From Cladosporium halotolerans (lineage: Eukaryota), in NCBI RefSeq assembly GCF_011745625.1, contig NW_027191453.1:372001-436000 (forward strand): a stretch of DNA of 64,000 bases. The letters run 5' to 3'. How positions within the stretch are numbered: position 1 is the first letter of the stretch; each line of letters starts with the position of its first letter. A model generated the notes under the pieces. It did not search any database. It was not told where the DNA came from and worked only from the letters and a program-made list of their open reading frames with translations. Of the stretch, positions 33,883 through 45,502 are shown piece after piece. The position numbers were made by a program, and so were the translations under genes.

Positions 33883-35616
33883 ATGTCCTCCCTCGCCCAC
33901 GACCCCTCCACCCTCCACGCCCTAGTCGACATGGGCAGCAACGGCATCCGCTTCTCCATCACCGACCTCTCCGCGCCCACAGCCCGCACAACGCCCACCC
34001 TCTACCAATCGCGCGCCGGCATCTCCCTCTACGACGCGCAGTACCCGGCCTCGTCCCACGGCGAGCGCCAGCCCATCGACGCCGCGACCATCGGCGCCGT
34101 CGTGGCCGCGTTCCGCGGCTTCAAGCGCGCGTGCGCGGACTTTTGCGTGCCGGAGGCGAACGTGACGATTCTGGCGACGGAGGCGACGCGCACGGCGGTG
34201 AATGGGGCGGAGTTCATGGGGGCGATCAAGGGCGCGGTGGGGTGGGAGGTGCAGTTGCTGGCGAAGGGGGAGGAGGGGAGGGTGGGGGCTATGGGGGTTG
34301 CGAGCTCGCTGCCGGGGGTGAAGGGGTTGGTGATGGATTTGGGAGGGGGGAGCACGCAGTTGAGTTGGCTTGTGAAGGATTCGGAGGGCGTGAGGATGCC
34401 GGAGGCGGGGGCGGCGAGTTTGCCGTATGGGGCTGCGGCGTTGACGAGGAGGTTGGGGGAGGCGGAGGGGAGGGGGAGCGAGGCTGTGAGGGAGTTGGAG
34501 AGGGAGGTTAGGGAGGCTGTTAGGGGGGCTTATGAGGGATTGGGGGTGCCGGAGGGGCTGACGAGGGCGGCGGAGGCGGAAGGTGGGTTTACGCTGTATT
34601 TGTCCGGAGGGGGGTTTAGGGGTTGGGGTTATGTGCTTATGAGCCGGCATCGTGTGAAGCCGTATCCCATTCCGGTCATCAATGGGTTCAAGGTATCGAG
34701 GAAAGACTTTTTGAGGACGGATGTTGTCCAGCAAGCGGCAGCGGCGGCCTTGGAGGCTGACGATGGATCGGACGACATCTTCCGCATCTCAGACAGGAGG
34801 GCCGGCCAAGTGCCTGCCGTGGCCTTCCTCGTTGGTGCACTATCACAAGCTCTCCCCCAGGTGAAGGAGGTGCGGTTCTGCCAGGGTGGCGTACGAGAAG
34901 GCTACCTTTTCTCAAACCTACCTCCGGAGATCCAGGCACAACACCCACTCGTCGTCGCAACCCAACCTTTCGACATCCGCGGGACCTCCTCTCGCATGAC
35001 CGACCTCCTCCTCTCCGCCTTCCCCCCAGGCTCAACATCAGGCGCCCAAGACGACTACAAAGCCACCTTCGACCGCGACCACCTCCACGCTTTCGCGAAC
35101 CTAATGTACTACCACTCCAGCCACTCGAAAGACCTGCAGGCCACGTCCGCGCTGCGCAGCACGACGTCTGGCGCGCTGGCCGGCGTCCACGGCATCCTGC
35201 ACGAGTCCAGAGCGCTTCTGGGCCTCCTGCTGTGCGCGCGCTGGGGTGGCAGCGTGCCGCCGAGCGACGAGGCCTTCAAGCGGAACCTGGAGCAAATCGT
35301 GGAGTCTGGCTGGACGCTGTGGTGGATCAACTACGTCGGGGCCGTCGCCGGGCTGGTCGCGGAGGTGTATCCCGCCGGCTTCGTGGCGGAGGACGAGGCG
35401 AGGCTGAGGGTCCAGGCGGCGTGGGACAGGGACGAGAAGGGGCGGCCGGCGCTGGCGCTGAAGCTGTCGTTCGGCGACGGCGTGAGCGTGGCGACACTGG
35501 GCAAGCTCATCAAGGGTGTGGAGAAGGTGGGCAAGAAGAAGCGGTGGATCGGTGGCAAGGATGGGTCTGGACACCGGGTCGACGTGAGCGTGGAATGCGG
35601 AGGGCTGGGTGCGTGA
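33883..35616 (+). CDS. RTG2: Retrograde regulation protein 2 (Ppx/GppA family, ASKHA fold)
   Basis: VDMGSNGIRFSITDL, ATEATRTAVN, MDLGGGSTQLSW, YLSGGGFRGWGY and FCQGGVREG. Confidence 0.92.
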   Translation: MSSLAHDPSTLHALVDMGSNGIRFSITDLSAPTARTTPTLYQSRAGISLYDAQYPASSHGERQPIDAATIGAVVAAFRGFKRACADFCVPEANVTILATEATRTAVNGAEFMGAIKGAVGWEVQLLAKGEEGRVGAMGVASSLPGVKGLVMDLGGGSTQLSWLVKDSEGVRMPEAGAASLPYGAAALTRRLGEAEGRGSEAVRELEREVREAVRGAYEGLGVPEGLTRAAEAEGGFTLYLSGGGFRGWGYVLMSRHRVKPYPIPVINGFKVSRKDFLRTDVVQQAAAAALEADDGSDDIFRISDRRAGQVPAVAFLVGALSQALPQVKEVRFCQGGVREGYLFSNLPPEIQAQHPLVVATQPFDIRGTSSRMTDLLLSAFPPGSTSGAQDDYKATFDRDHLHAFANLMYYHSSHSKDLQATSALRSTTSGALAGVHGILHESRALLGLLLCARWGGSVPPSDEAFKRNLEQIVESGWTLWWINYVGAVAGLVAEVYPAGFVAEDEARLRVQAAWDRDEKGRPALALKLSFGDGVSVATLGKLIKGVEKVGKKKRWIGGKDGSGHRVDVSVECGGLGA

Positions 35617-38600
35617 TTGCGACGCTTGTCGGGGCTAGATTCGGTCCTTTGGGGCCGCATCAGACGGGACACCGCGTGTCAGAGCTGTAATGCATCGCAG
35701 CTGCGCAGGGAATGTGATCGTCGTTTTGGCAGACGGCTTGCACGCGAGCATCAGCTGAATCGAAACTCGCAATTTCGCCTGTGAATCCAAGTAGTCGAGG
35801 ACATAATCCTCGCGATCAAGCCGTCTCACCTGCCGTAAGGGGCCAGGATCACCGCTGTCACTGTAGAATGAGACTTGAGATATCCGTGTTGGCGTCACAG
35901 AAACGGAGGTTGGTGACCGATACGGAAATGTCATGCGTTGTTGTTCTACCGGTAGCCTGGTTGGTTGAGAATTGCCAGCACGTGACATAGTGAGACCAGA
36001 ATACCAGGTAGCTGACAAAAGGACGCCATTTCGAGGCACCCGCCTTTCGATCCGCTGTCTTTGAACATGTCAGAAGTACGAGGGTGATACGAGACTTGTT
36101 AGCGTCACCGACACTACGGGCACCGTCGTTCGGGTAGCCAAGTCACCGGGTTTGATGGACCATGGCTGGTATTCCGCGTTGCGAAGCGAAATAGAAATAG
36201 GAAGTTACTGGGGCATTCAGCGCACGTGATCGTCATCCCCAGAGGCACGCAAGCGTCACCTACAGCATGCGGTGGTGCAGACATCCCGCGCCTCTGAATC
36301 GCCCTCCGCGGAGGCAGGAGCCTATTCCGTGTCCGCTTCCCCGGCTTATGAGCAGGGGACAGCTGTGGAACGACGCCGAGGATCGAGACGTGCCGTGGAA
36401 CTGACTCGGCAGGCGCCTCCTTGTGCCTGAGCCCTCCGCCTCACCGGCCGTGGAGCCGTGCAAGGCGCGGTAAGCGGTAGGGAGACAGCAGTAGTCATCG
36501 GCTGACTACAAGCTACTGCCAGGCACGAGCACGTATGAGGTCACGGGGTTCAGGCCAGGGCCAAACCCTAGGGCCAAAAACAGTTGGCCGGCTCCAGGAT
36601 CAGTCTAAAGATGGCAGATCGTGTCTAGTGTGACATGTCGTGGCGGCCACGGGTATCCACGGCGCTTGTCGCGCGAGGCGCTCTCATGGCGTGCCTTCGA
36701 TGGGGCGGTCAGGGAACATGTCGAGAGCTTCTGCCGCCGCCACCCGCACAGCCAGCGCAAGGATGTCCCGCGCAGTGGAGAGAAGGAGGCTGAACTTAGA
36801 AGCGCTTGAGAGCTCCGAGCGACTCTACGAAGTGGTTGGAAGCCGTGCGACTACGGAATTCATGGCTGACATGGTCGCGCTAGTGGGAGGACGCAATCGC
36901 CTTCTCCAGCCCGCGCATTGTTGAGCCAAGACCAGGCGGCACGCGTAATGAAATGGTCAACGGGCCTCAGGCTCGACTTCCTGCATGCGGTCTAGAAGCT
37001 GGTGAAGATTGGCGACGTGGAGCATCCGCGCCTTGCTTGGCGTCGACACTATCTGGACCTCACCCAAGCCCTCGCTGTCATTGCGTGTTCACTAATCGAA
37101 TAGGCGAGTGACTGCGGGTACTACGCAGATTATTGCATGATCTCTATCGGACGTCGAAGACGATTGTGGCTTATGCTTAGGAGAAGGCAAACGCCATGCC
37201 TAGGTGCCGCCCCCGATGTCGCAGGCGCGAGCTCTTCCACGGGGTGCGTGCGCATGCACGTGGTTGCAGTCGTGCAGCCTGAGGAATTCAAATGGAGACA
37301 ACATCCATGAGCAATTGAATGCCTTATGATCTGCGTGCTGCATTCCGGACACTTGTCGTACCTAAACGATCGGAGGACATCCTGTTTCGAGAACTAATTA
37401 AGGTTCATACAAAAACGACGAGTGAAGTCGTAGGAGAGTGCGGAGAGGCGGAAGTCGGATGAAGCTTTTTCTAGCCAAGGCGGCTCTGCGCAAGTTCCCC
37501 CGAGAAATATGCGACAGACTTGCAAGATCCTTCTCGGTATTCGATGGCAGCGCGGCACACGATCCTCATGTCCCCCCTTTCGACAGGGTCACGAGAGTAG
37601 TATTTGCGAAAGCGTGCTGAATTTTCATCTCTGAATCCGAATTGCTCCGCAGGATGTGTCTTCATCGCGATGGCGTATGAAACGCTATTTGTGCCAAGTG
37701 TTTCCCTTGCGAAGGCTGGGTAGTCGGAGTCATAACCCTTACGGTGAGAACGCGAGTGAGTAGAGATGATTGCAAGATTTCACTTCATGCGTGATGGCTT
37801 AATGACCATGACTTTGCGCGACGCCACCTAGATCACCCCATTAAATGACGATACACTACTATCGATGATCAGAGCGTCCGGCGTGATTGGTACCAAGATT
37901 TCACAGGGCCTCAAGCGGCTCTGTACGTGCGTTTGGTACATACGATGTCTTCTCGTCCTTCTGTGCCTAAAGTTTTGGAAAAGGAGACTGCACTTTGGAT
38001 ATCATACTTCGTGACTTGGATCTAGCGGGATATTGTCATTCGAGCGGCTGGGTTGCGGAGCGCTTACCGGTCACGGTTCGACATGGGAAGCGAGAAGACG
38101 GGAGCATACAGCATGTTGTGATCCCCAAGAAGCTTCGAAGAGGCCGCAGTTGAGATGTCCGCGTCGTATGTGGGGGGAGCGGAACGGAGTCAAAGCTTAT
38201 TGCGAGCCTGGTCTTGGACATTCACGGCAAGTCGGATACCTTCTATCTTCCGCATGCGTTATCGCAAATACAGACCAAGAGTCACGCCAACAAGACGTTC
38301 AGAGTATCCTGAGTCCGTTCGGTTGCTCCAAAGACAGAAGGGGGAGCTTCCTGGATGATCCGGATTCTTCGCCCGCTCTCCAGCTTCTAGCGTCTTACCC
38401 GATCGATGATGTGCTGCAGAAGGTTCTTTGCTATCAGGGTACACCGCGACACGGGGTCATTAGACTTCACCAAGCTTGCCAACGTGAGTGGTTCGGTAAA
38501 TGCAACCGAACGAGTTACGAGCCGCAAGCAAGCTTGAGGAGCCACCGTCCGGATTCTTTTCCGGATGCTCGCGGAAATCCTCACGTCAGGCAAAGCGCTC

Positions 38601-40042
38601 ACCACCGGAGTGAATGGTATCGCACGCGCCGATCGCGGAGTATCAAGGCGGCCGACCGGCGACAGAAGCAAGGAGCCAACCACTCCTGCCTACACAATTG
38701 CTGGGATCTTGATGGCGTTAAGCGCGAATACCGCAACTGAATGCGGGTGCAAAGCAGAGGTACACCGACAGATAGGGTTCGTGGCATGGTTAGTGGTACG
38801 TAAAGCGCCGTAAGGCATGGCTGCGGCGTCCGTGAAGTAATTGGAGACTACCACATGCAGGAGCCTGCCCCTCACGTTTCGCGGGATATTGAGAGCAAAA
38901 GTCTAATTCGCAGGCATTGCTAGCGATTGGCTGCTTGGCCTTTGAGCTCGAGCCAAGGATCCGTGCGACCCTGCAGACCCTCCAGTTTCATGATAGCTAG
39001 CGGTGACGCGGTTCTGCCCACGCGCGTCGTGGCCGTTCAACACGCATCTAAAGCATGGACTTCGGATTCTGAGCTCTAGATAGCGGGTGGAGCCAGACCT
39101 CGAAGTTGGCAAACCCCCAAAGAAAGCAGTGACCAGCGGAGTTGCTCTCCGTCCGGTTGATTTGGGGTCTGTCTGAGCGGGGGATGGGAGCGCTCGGCGG
39201 GTGTCCTTTGGCGGCGCGGACAAGATGAAGTCGACAGAGCTGCGACTTCAATTCGGGTGAACATCGGGACGCCAACGGGCAGGAAGGGAAAGGCGCGACC
39301 CAGCTCCCCCATGAAGACGCAGATGTGTGGGCCGCAGACCTGAGCTCCGTCATCACAGCAACCGGTCTCCACTGCCGCACCACAAGCGCCGCCCAGGAGG
39401 GCTGAAGGAAGGTTGGAGTGGTTGGTGCATGCCGCGTGCGGACCCGCGCCATCTCGTGATCAGACGCTGCGGAGGTTGGCCGAAGGACTCCTCAGGGCTT
39501 CCAGGTTTGACTTTGCAATCTTCAGCCTACCGACTTCCGCGCCTCGTAGTGTCGCAGTGCAGCAGCGCGCTCTGGTTTTGCGCAGCGAGTCAGCGAGCTG
39601 CGCTAAACGAGGGACAGCGCGGCCAGCGACCGTTGCGATGGAGATGGCGAGCGGCAGGTGGGGTGGGTCGAGGGCGCCATGGGGCTCGATGAGGGCGGCG
39701 CGGTCTGCGAGGGCTGGACAGATGCATTCAATGCGTGCGTGCGGTAGAGGGCTGGGTGTGACAGGTGACGGGAGGAAGCTTTCTCGGGTGCCTTGGGCGG
39801 CAGACACAGACGAAGGAGGCTCACGGAAGGTCTTCTAGCGCCGCTCTGAGCCGTCTTCGATGCAGCGGGAGACAGGCGGCGGAGGCAGGCAGCGGCCGGG
39901 GCCTGTCGCCCAGGATTGCTGGCGGGCGGCGCTAGCACGAAAGCCGCATGCACACGCGCCGGGCGGTAGGAGTGAGGACGAGGGGAGATGGAAGCGCCCC
40001 CACACCGCAGAGAGTTCTTGTTTGTGTCGTGTGTGTGGGTGG

Positions 40043-40085
40043 GTGTGATGTGTGATGTGTGATGTGCGATGCGTGAGGTGTGTGC
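40043..40085 (+). repeat. Degenerate (GTGTGAT)n microsatellite
   Basis: gtgtgatgtgtgatgtgtgatgtgcgatgcgtgaggtgtgtgc in the upstream region of the Zn2Cys6 gene. Confidence 0.7.
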
Positions 40086-40814
40086 GTGTTTTCCGCGACG
40101 GCAGGCTGCTTGCGCGCGGGGGACGAGCAACAGCGCAAGGCATGCCTACGCTCATCAGTACCCATCGACGTGTCAACCCCAGCCCATCAATCGATTAATC
40201 AATATCTGGTTCAACCAGGCGGTATGCCCCTCGCCACGTCGGAGCCCGGACTCGCGCACCGCAAGGCACACCCACACTCCCACGCACCGCGCACCGTCCG
40301 CGCGCTGCCAGGGACGCCGCCGCCACTACTGCGTTAAGCTTTGCGCCTGACGTCCCACGCCGCCTCCACCCTCTGCGAGCTCTGCACGCGGCGTGCACGT
40401 CCACACCCTCCGTCTGCCCTCCCGACCGACTTCCTCCTCCCATCGCCGCCGGATGATTCTCGCGCTCCCGCGAAATATCACCGCCCAACCTGGTCTGAGA
40501 GCCTGCAGCCGCATGTGCCATTAGGCTTGTTCGGTGCCGCTGCTAGTCCCAGCTCCTAGCTCCTCCTACCCGCTGCCTCGCCCACGCTGCGCCAGACCGG
40601 ACGGCGATCGCAGACCAGCCTGTAAGTACCATCTCGCGCGTACCTGCTCCCATCCTATTTACCGGACGCCCTGTCCACCCGTCTGCCGTGGCCCCAGCAG
40701 GCCCCGTCCCTCGCCCTTCTCCATCCAAACCCCCCATCCTTCTTCCGAATGTCTGCCGCAGTAATGTCGAATTACCGCTCACAGCTCCAGGTCGAACACT
40801 GGATGCTGGCCCAG

Positions 40815-43269
40815 ATGTCTCATTACCCACCGCCGCCGCCGCCCGACCAGCAGCACTACAGTCCGTTGTATCCGGCCTCGACCGGAACGCCTCAGCTGCT
40901 GGATCACGCGCAACAGAACCAACTGCAGTTTAGCAACCTGAATCAGCCCGCCTATCCCAAGATTGAGCCGACGACCCCGGCCAGCCACGACTCGCCGCAG
41001 ATTCACAATTTGGCCCAGGAACTTCAGAAACACGCCGCTCAAGAGGAGCACCAGCGCCAACAAATCCACCAGGCTGCCCAGAGACTTCAGCACCAAGCTC
41101 AACATCAACCGCAAGCTTTCCAGCCTCAACCTAATGCCGTCCAACCAGACGTCGTTTCTCAGGATTCACCACAGCCGCAGAAGACGAACAGACTACGCAA
41201 AGCATGTGACTCTTGCAGCATCAGAAAGGTCAAGGTAAGTCGTTCCCTTATGATGTCTTCGGCTTGCTGCATCGACGGAATTCCTCCCCAATGGGTTCTA
41301 ACGTCGACAGTGTGACGAAAGTGGTCCGCCGTGCAGGGCTTGTGCAGCTCTCGACATTCCATGCACATTCGAGAGACCTAGTCGCCGTCGAGGCCCTCCC
41401 AACCGCCATGCCGAAGCCATCAAACGTCGACGCCTCGAAGAGTCAAATGGCGCATCTGGATCTGTCTCTGGAACTTCGACCCCTTCGTCACCGACTCACG
41501 CCGCTCAGGCACTTGCCGCACTATCATCGCATCCTGCGAATCAGCAGTTGTCTGCTGAAAGCATTTGCCCAATCGAAACCATCAACCTTCTGATCAACGA
41601 CTTTTTCACATACATTCACCCGCTATGCCCTTTCCCTCACGAACCAAGCTTCCGTGAGGCATGGAAAAGGCGAGAGGACCTGTCGAACAAATCGTTCCTT
41701 GCCCTGCTTGCTTCAATGCTCGGCGCTCTTGTCGCATCGTTTCCTCGCAAACCCCGGCAACATCTCAAGGCGCAAGGCAAGGAACACCTCTTCCCAAACC
41801 ACATGAGTCTAGTTCACAGGTGCCAGAGTATTTGCTCCCTAGCACGTGGGCCAGGCTATTTGGAGAGTGAGAACCTGAGCGTATATGACGCCGCGACAAG
41901 TTATTTCCTTGCGTTGATGGGCGTTTACACCTTCAGGTGGCGTCAGGGTCGGCTTTACTTCGGCGAATGCCTGACGATCGTCCGTACGCTCGGCCTACAC
42001 AAAGGCGACAGCACACTGGCCGCCAGCCTTCCACGAGCCGTTGATTCGCGCGTTGGCGCTCAGGATAGTGCACGTGAGTCCCAGCAGGTTGACAATATCA
42101 CGCGCCAGATTGGACTGCGCGTGTTCTGGACGATGTTCGTCAGCGTCAGGACCATTCAACAGCTAGGAGCTTCGTTCGGTGAACTTCAAATACCGCCGCC
42201 GACCCCGTCCGAGCCATATCCTCCTCTTCCTGATGAGGTAGATGACTACTGTATCTATCCGACACACAGCGACCCGCAGCCTCAAGGCCTGGTTCCCATG
42301 ATCGCGGGCTTCAATGCAAACGTACGAGTGTACAGCTCGTACAACCCTCTTACCACAATGGAGATGGCCTGGGGCATCGACTCCATCGTTGACTGGGAGC
42401 GTCAAAAGAAAGTGCTTCACGAGTCGCTAAGGAGGTGCAAGGGTGCCATCTCAGGACTGCCTCACGAGCTCATCGTCTACCCGGGCACATCAGGTTTGGG
42501 CCAAAACGGTCAAGCAGAAGGTGCACAGTTCTACGATGGCTTTAACCAACCGCAGATGGATCGTGATCCGTCGGCAATGCTTCTCAACCCAACCACTTCT
42601 TTGCCTTACGGCCAGGAGCAGACGCCCGAAGAACGTCGCCACATGCAGTACGAAATTCAGAAGGCGAACATCTACGCTAGCAGCCTAGCCACTCGTTCCT
42701 ACTTAGTGGAGAAGTACTGGAATCTCATGGAGGCCCATGCTCGCACCAGATCGTCGCAGCCACCGAACTCAATGCCGAGCTCGCCTGGTCAGGGCATCAC
42801 CGCAGCTGGCATCGACGGCATGCTGCCACAAGCACCTACAAGCGGTTACGACATGACTGAACACGAGTTCCGCGAGGAGCGTGAAAATATTGTGAAGGAT
42901 CTGCTGGTTGTGCTCAGCAATATTGAACAGGTCAACATGGAGCCGAACGCGGATAGCTTTGTAAGTTTTCTTGTGCTGACAAAACTCCGTCCGTACATGG
43001 CACTAACATCATCGAAGACCATGAAGATTCGCTCCATTGCGAGCACACTGCTCGACATGCCCGAACAAAGAAAGGGCCAATTGCAAATTCAAGCACAAGA
43101 GTACCTGCACGCTTTCTTGAACATTCTCATGAAGCTCGAGCGTGTCAGCCCCGCAAGCAGCGAGCCTGACGCACCCGATGATGAATCTTCTGAGCTGAGG
43201 CACTGGGCCGACCTTCGCGAGTACCAAATGAAGTTCGCTCAGCAGGGCGGACTTCTGGGCTTCTCTTAA
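40815..43269 (+). CDS. Zn(II)2Cys6 fungal transcription factor
   Basis: RKACDSCSIRKVK|CDESGPPCRACAALDIPC across intron 41235-41310; fungal TF middle region (FFTYIHPLCPFPHE...RVFWTMF); intron 42961-43017; Q/P-rich N-terminus; probable 5' UTR intron 40622-40783. The start could be 40803 or 40815. Confidence 0.93.
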
Positions 43270-43589
43270 GCTACAGAAACCGGCATCTATGACGTACATA
43301 AGGAGTTTGGCGCTTGCTTTTTGATGGAATCATCACTTCATGGCTGATTGAGTAGACGCACTTGCTGAGTTGGGAGAACAAGGAAAGGAAGATGTCTTGG
43401 CTGGGCTCGTGTGCATCGATTAGCGTGGGAGGTAACATCAGCCGGCGTTTTGGCTGGAGGCTGAAGGGATATATAGGTTGGGAGAGTAGCAGCCGCTTCG
43501 ATGGCTCCTCTGGCGTTATCTTCGAAGCCATGATCGTGGTATGACTGTATGAACAAACGCATTGTACATCACTCGAATCCTCACTCTAG

Positions 43590-43830
43590 AGCCGTGTCAC
43601 AGCCACCAAACTGACGCAAGTGATGATGTCCCCGCCCCGGACTAAGAGACTTCATTCACTTTATTTACTTCACTTCCGCTTAGACATGTGACAACGTCAC
43701 TTCGCACTCAAGCCTCGTGCCATAGCCATCAGAGTGATCGCTGTGTGATGGTGTCATCGGCTCGAGGCCGACTAAGACTTCATTCGCTTCAAACACGCCA
43801 ACTTCACTTCAGGTAGGGCATGTGACACGA
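43590..43830 (+). repeat. Diverged tandem duplication (about 125-130 bp period) in the promoter region
   Basis: GTGATG(A/G)TGTC...GACTAAG(AG)ACTTCATTC(A/G)CTT...ACTTCACTTC...CATGTGACA occurs twice (GACTAAG at 43640 and 43770). Confidence 0.75.
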
Positions 43831-44163
43831 ACTTGGCCAATCACAGTGTCATATACATAGATATATATGCCGCACGCAGCCTGTAGCTTGCTTTCGAATG
43901 AAGTCACTGACAACTACCAGCTTTGGCGTGCCCATGACATGTGAAACTAATGGCATGTGACAGTCACAAGACCCGCTTCACTTGATGCTCTCTGCAGCCT
44001 GACTTCCCTTCTGGCATGCCATGCTTGACGACACTTCACTCTCTTGCGCCAAGTTGTCCTGAGGCCGTGAGCTCGTGACTATAAATTTAAGTCACAGCAA
44101 GGCCGCTCAAATTCTCTGCACTACCCACTCACCACTACTTCTCTTAACAATCCAACCACCATC

Positions 44164-44500
44164 AACCGATCGCATCCCAAGACAAAGACATCTTCGTTCG
44201 AAAAGCTTCTGTGAGTTGTACCACAACGCCTCCAACGCTCAGGACACTGATCACCTCACAGAACAAGACCGCACAGCCGCTCTGTACCGCGCAGTTGCTA
44301 CTTAACTGATCGCATCGCACGCCAAGCACATCTGAGTTCCAAAAGCTCCAGTAAGTCATACCACCTCGCTTTCCACGCTCAACACTGATCACCGCAAAGC
44401 AACGCTGCTCCGCCTCTCTGAACAGCCAACTCACCACGCAACCGATCGCATCCCACCGCAAACAGCACACTGAGTTTCAAAAGCTACCGTAAGTACCAGT
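44164..44500 (+). repeat. Three diverged copies of a ~139-bp exon+intron unit in a 5' UTR
   Basis: AAC(C/T)GATCGCATC...AAAAGCT..GT(G/A)AGT with donors at 44211, 44351 and 44489; ACGCTC...CACTGATCAC in copies 1 and 2. Confidence 0.8.
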
Positions 44501-44593
44501 GCGGTGAAGAATCCAGGCCCTCCCCTTTTGTCTTGCTTTCCCAACAACTTCCAATCAGCAACACGACACCCCAAAACAAGCCGAACGATCACC

Positions 44594-45502
44594 ATGGCCA
44601 ACCAAACGGTTTTCGATATCGGCAAAAACCTCACTCCGATCGCCGCCGTCAGTAACGATCTCACTCCGACCGTCGATAACAACCAGACTCCGACCTCCAT
44701 GGTCGATGACGACCTCACCCCGACCTCCGCTGTGGACAACAACCTCACTTCCAGCCCCACCCTAAGCCCCACCTTCCGCATCAGCGCCAGACCCCGCGTC
44801 TACGTGGTCCGCCGCGCCAACCTCGCCGCCGCGCACAACCTGCTCGAGGCCAATCCACCCTTCGCCAACCCGAACCCGTCCAGGACCCGCCAGCGCACCT
44901 CCGCGTTCCCCTTCCTGCGCCTCCCGCCGGAGCTGCGCAATCAGATCTACGCTCTCGCGCTGCGCAACCGAGCCCCGACAACCACGTTCTCCAAATTCCG
45001 CGTGCCCGCCCTCATGCACGCGTCCCGCCAGCTGCGCCGCGAGGCGCTCGGGTTCGTCTTGGCCGGCACCCGCACGCGCATCGACGTGCGCTCGCCGTTC
45101 CGCGTGCCCGCCATCGATCACCTCTTGCGCCATGGCCGCCCTGCCGCCGAGCCCAGGCTTTACGCGGAGGCGGGTGACGTGGCGGCGAGCGCGGAGCGCA
45201 TGGCGTTGGCTGAGCGCGAGGGCCTCATGTTCGAGGATCTGGAGATCGGCGTGCTGTGCTACTGCTGCGAGAAGGTTCGCGTCGGGACGTTTTTCATCAG
45301 TCTCCGTGCGGGCAGCAGGTGTGAGGTTCGGGGGCAGAATTGCTGGAAGAGGAACCCGGAGTTGAACAGGGCTTTGGTGATGATGGAGAAGGCGATCAAG
45401 CGGGTTGTGGCGAATGTGGAGGCGAGGGAGGGGTTTGTTGGGTTTGGGTTTGAGGATTTGCTGGAGATTGCGGAGTGCATGGATCCTGGTAAGTGGCTCT
45501 AA
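44594..45502 (+). CDS. F-box/2EXR-like protein with N-terminal LTPT repeats
   Basis: ACCATGG start; repeats NLTP/DLTPTVDN/NQTPTSMVDD/DLTPTSAVDN; FPFLRLPPELRNQIYALAL...PALMHASRQLRREAL; TATAAA at 44080. Confidence 0.75.
   Translation: MANQTVFDIGKNLTPIAAVSNDLTPTVDNNQTPTSMVDDDLTPTSAVDNNLTSSPTLSPTFRISARPRVYVVRRANLAAAHNLLEANPPFANPNPSRTRQRTSAFPFLRLPPELRNQIYALALRNRAPTTTFSKFRVPALMHASRQLRREALGFVLAGTRTRIDVRSPFRVPAIDHLLRHGRPAAEPRLYAEAGDVAASAERMALAEREGLMFEDLEIGVLCYCCEKVRVGTFFISLRAGSRCEVRGQNCWKRNPELNRALVMMEKAIKRVVANVEAREGFVGFGFEDLLEIAECMDPGKWL

Noticed and set aside
36553..36580. GGCCAAACCCTAGGGCCAAA, telomere-like or palindromic word
   Set aside because: It is a single partial unit with no TTAGGG array and no complete telomerase template.
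38033..38740. 235-aa ORF in the long intergenic region
   Set aside because: Non-ATG start, no codon bias and no recognisable motif.
44164..44500. Regularly spaced repeats superficially like a CRISPR array
   Set aside because: The genome is eukaryotic, the sequences between the conserved words are themselves homologous, and each unit carries splice signals.
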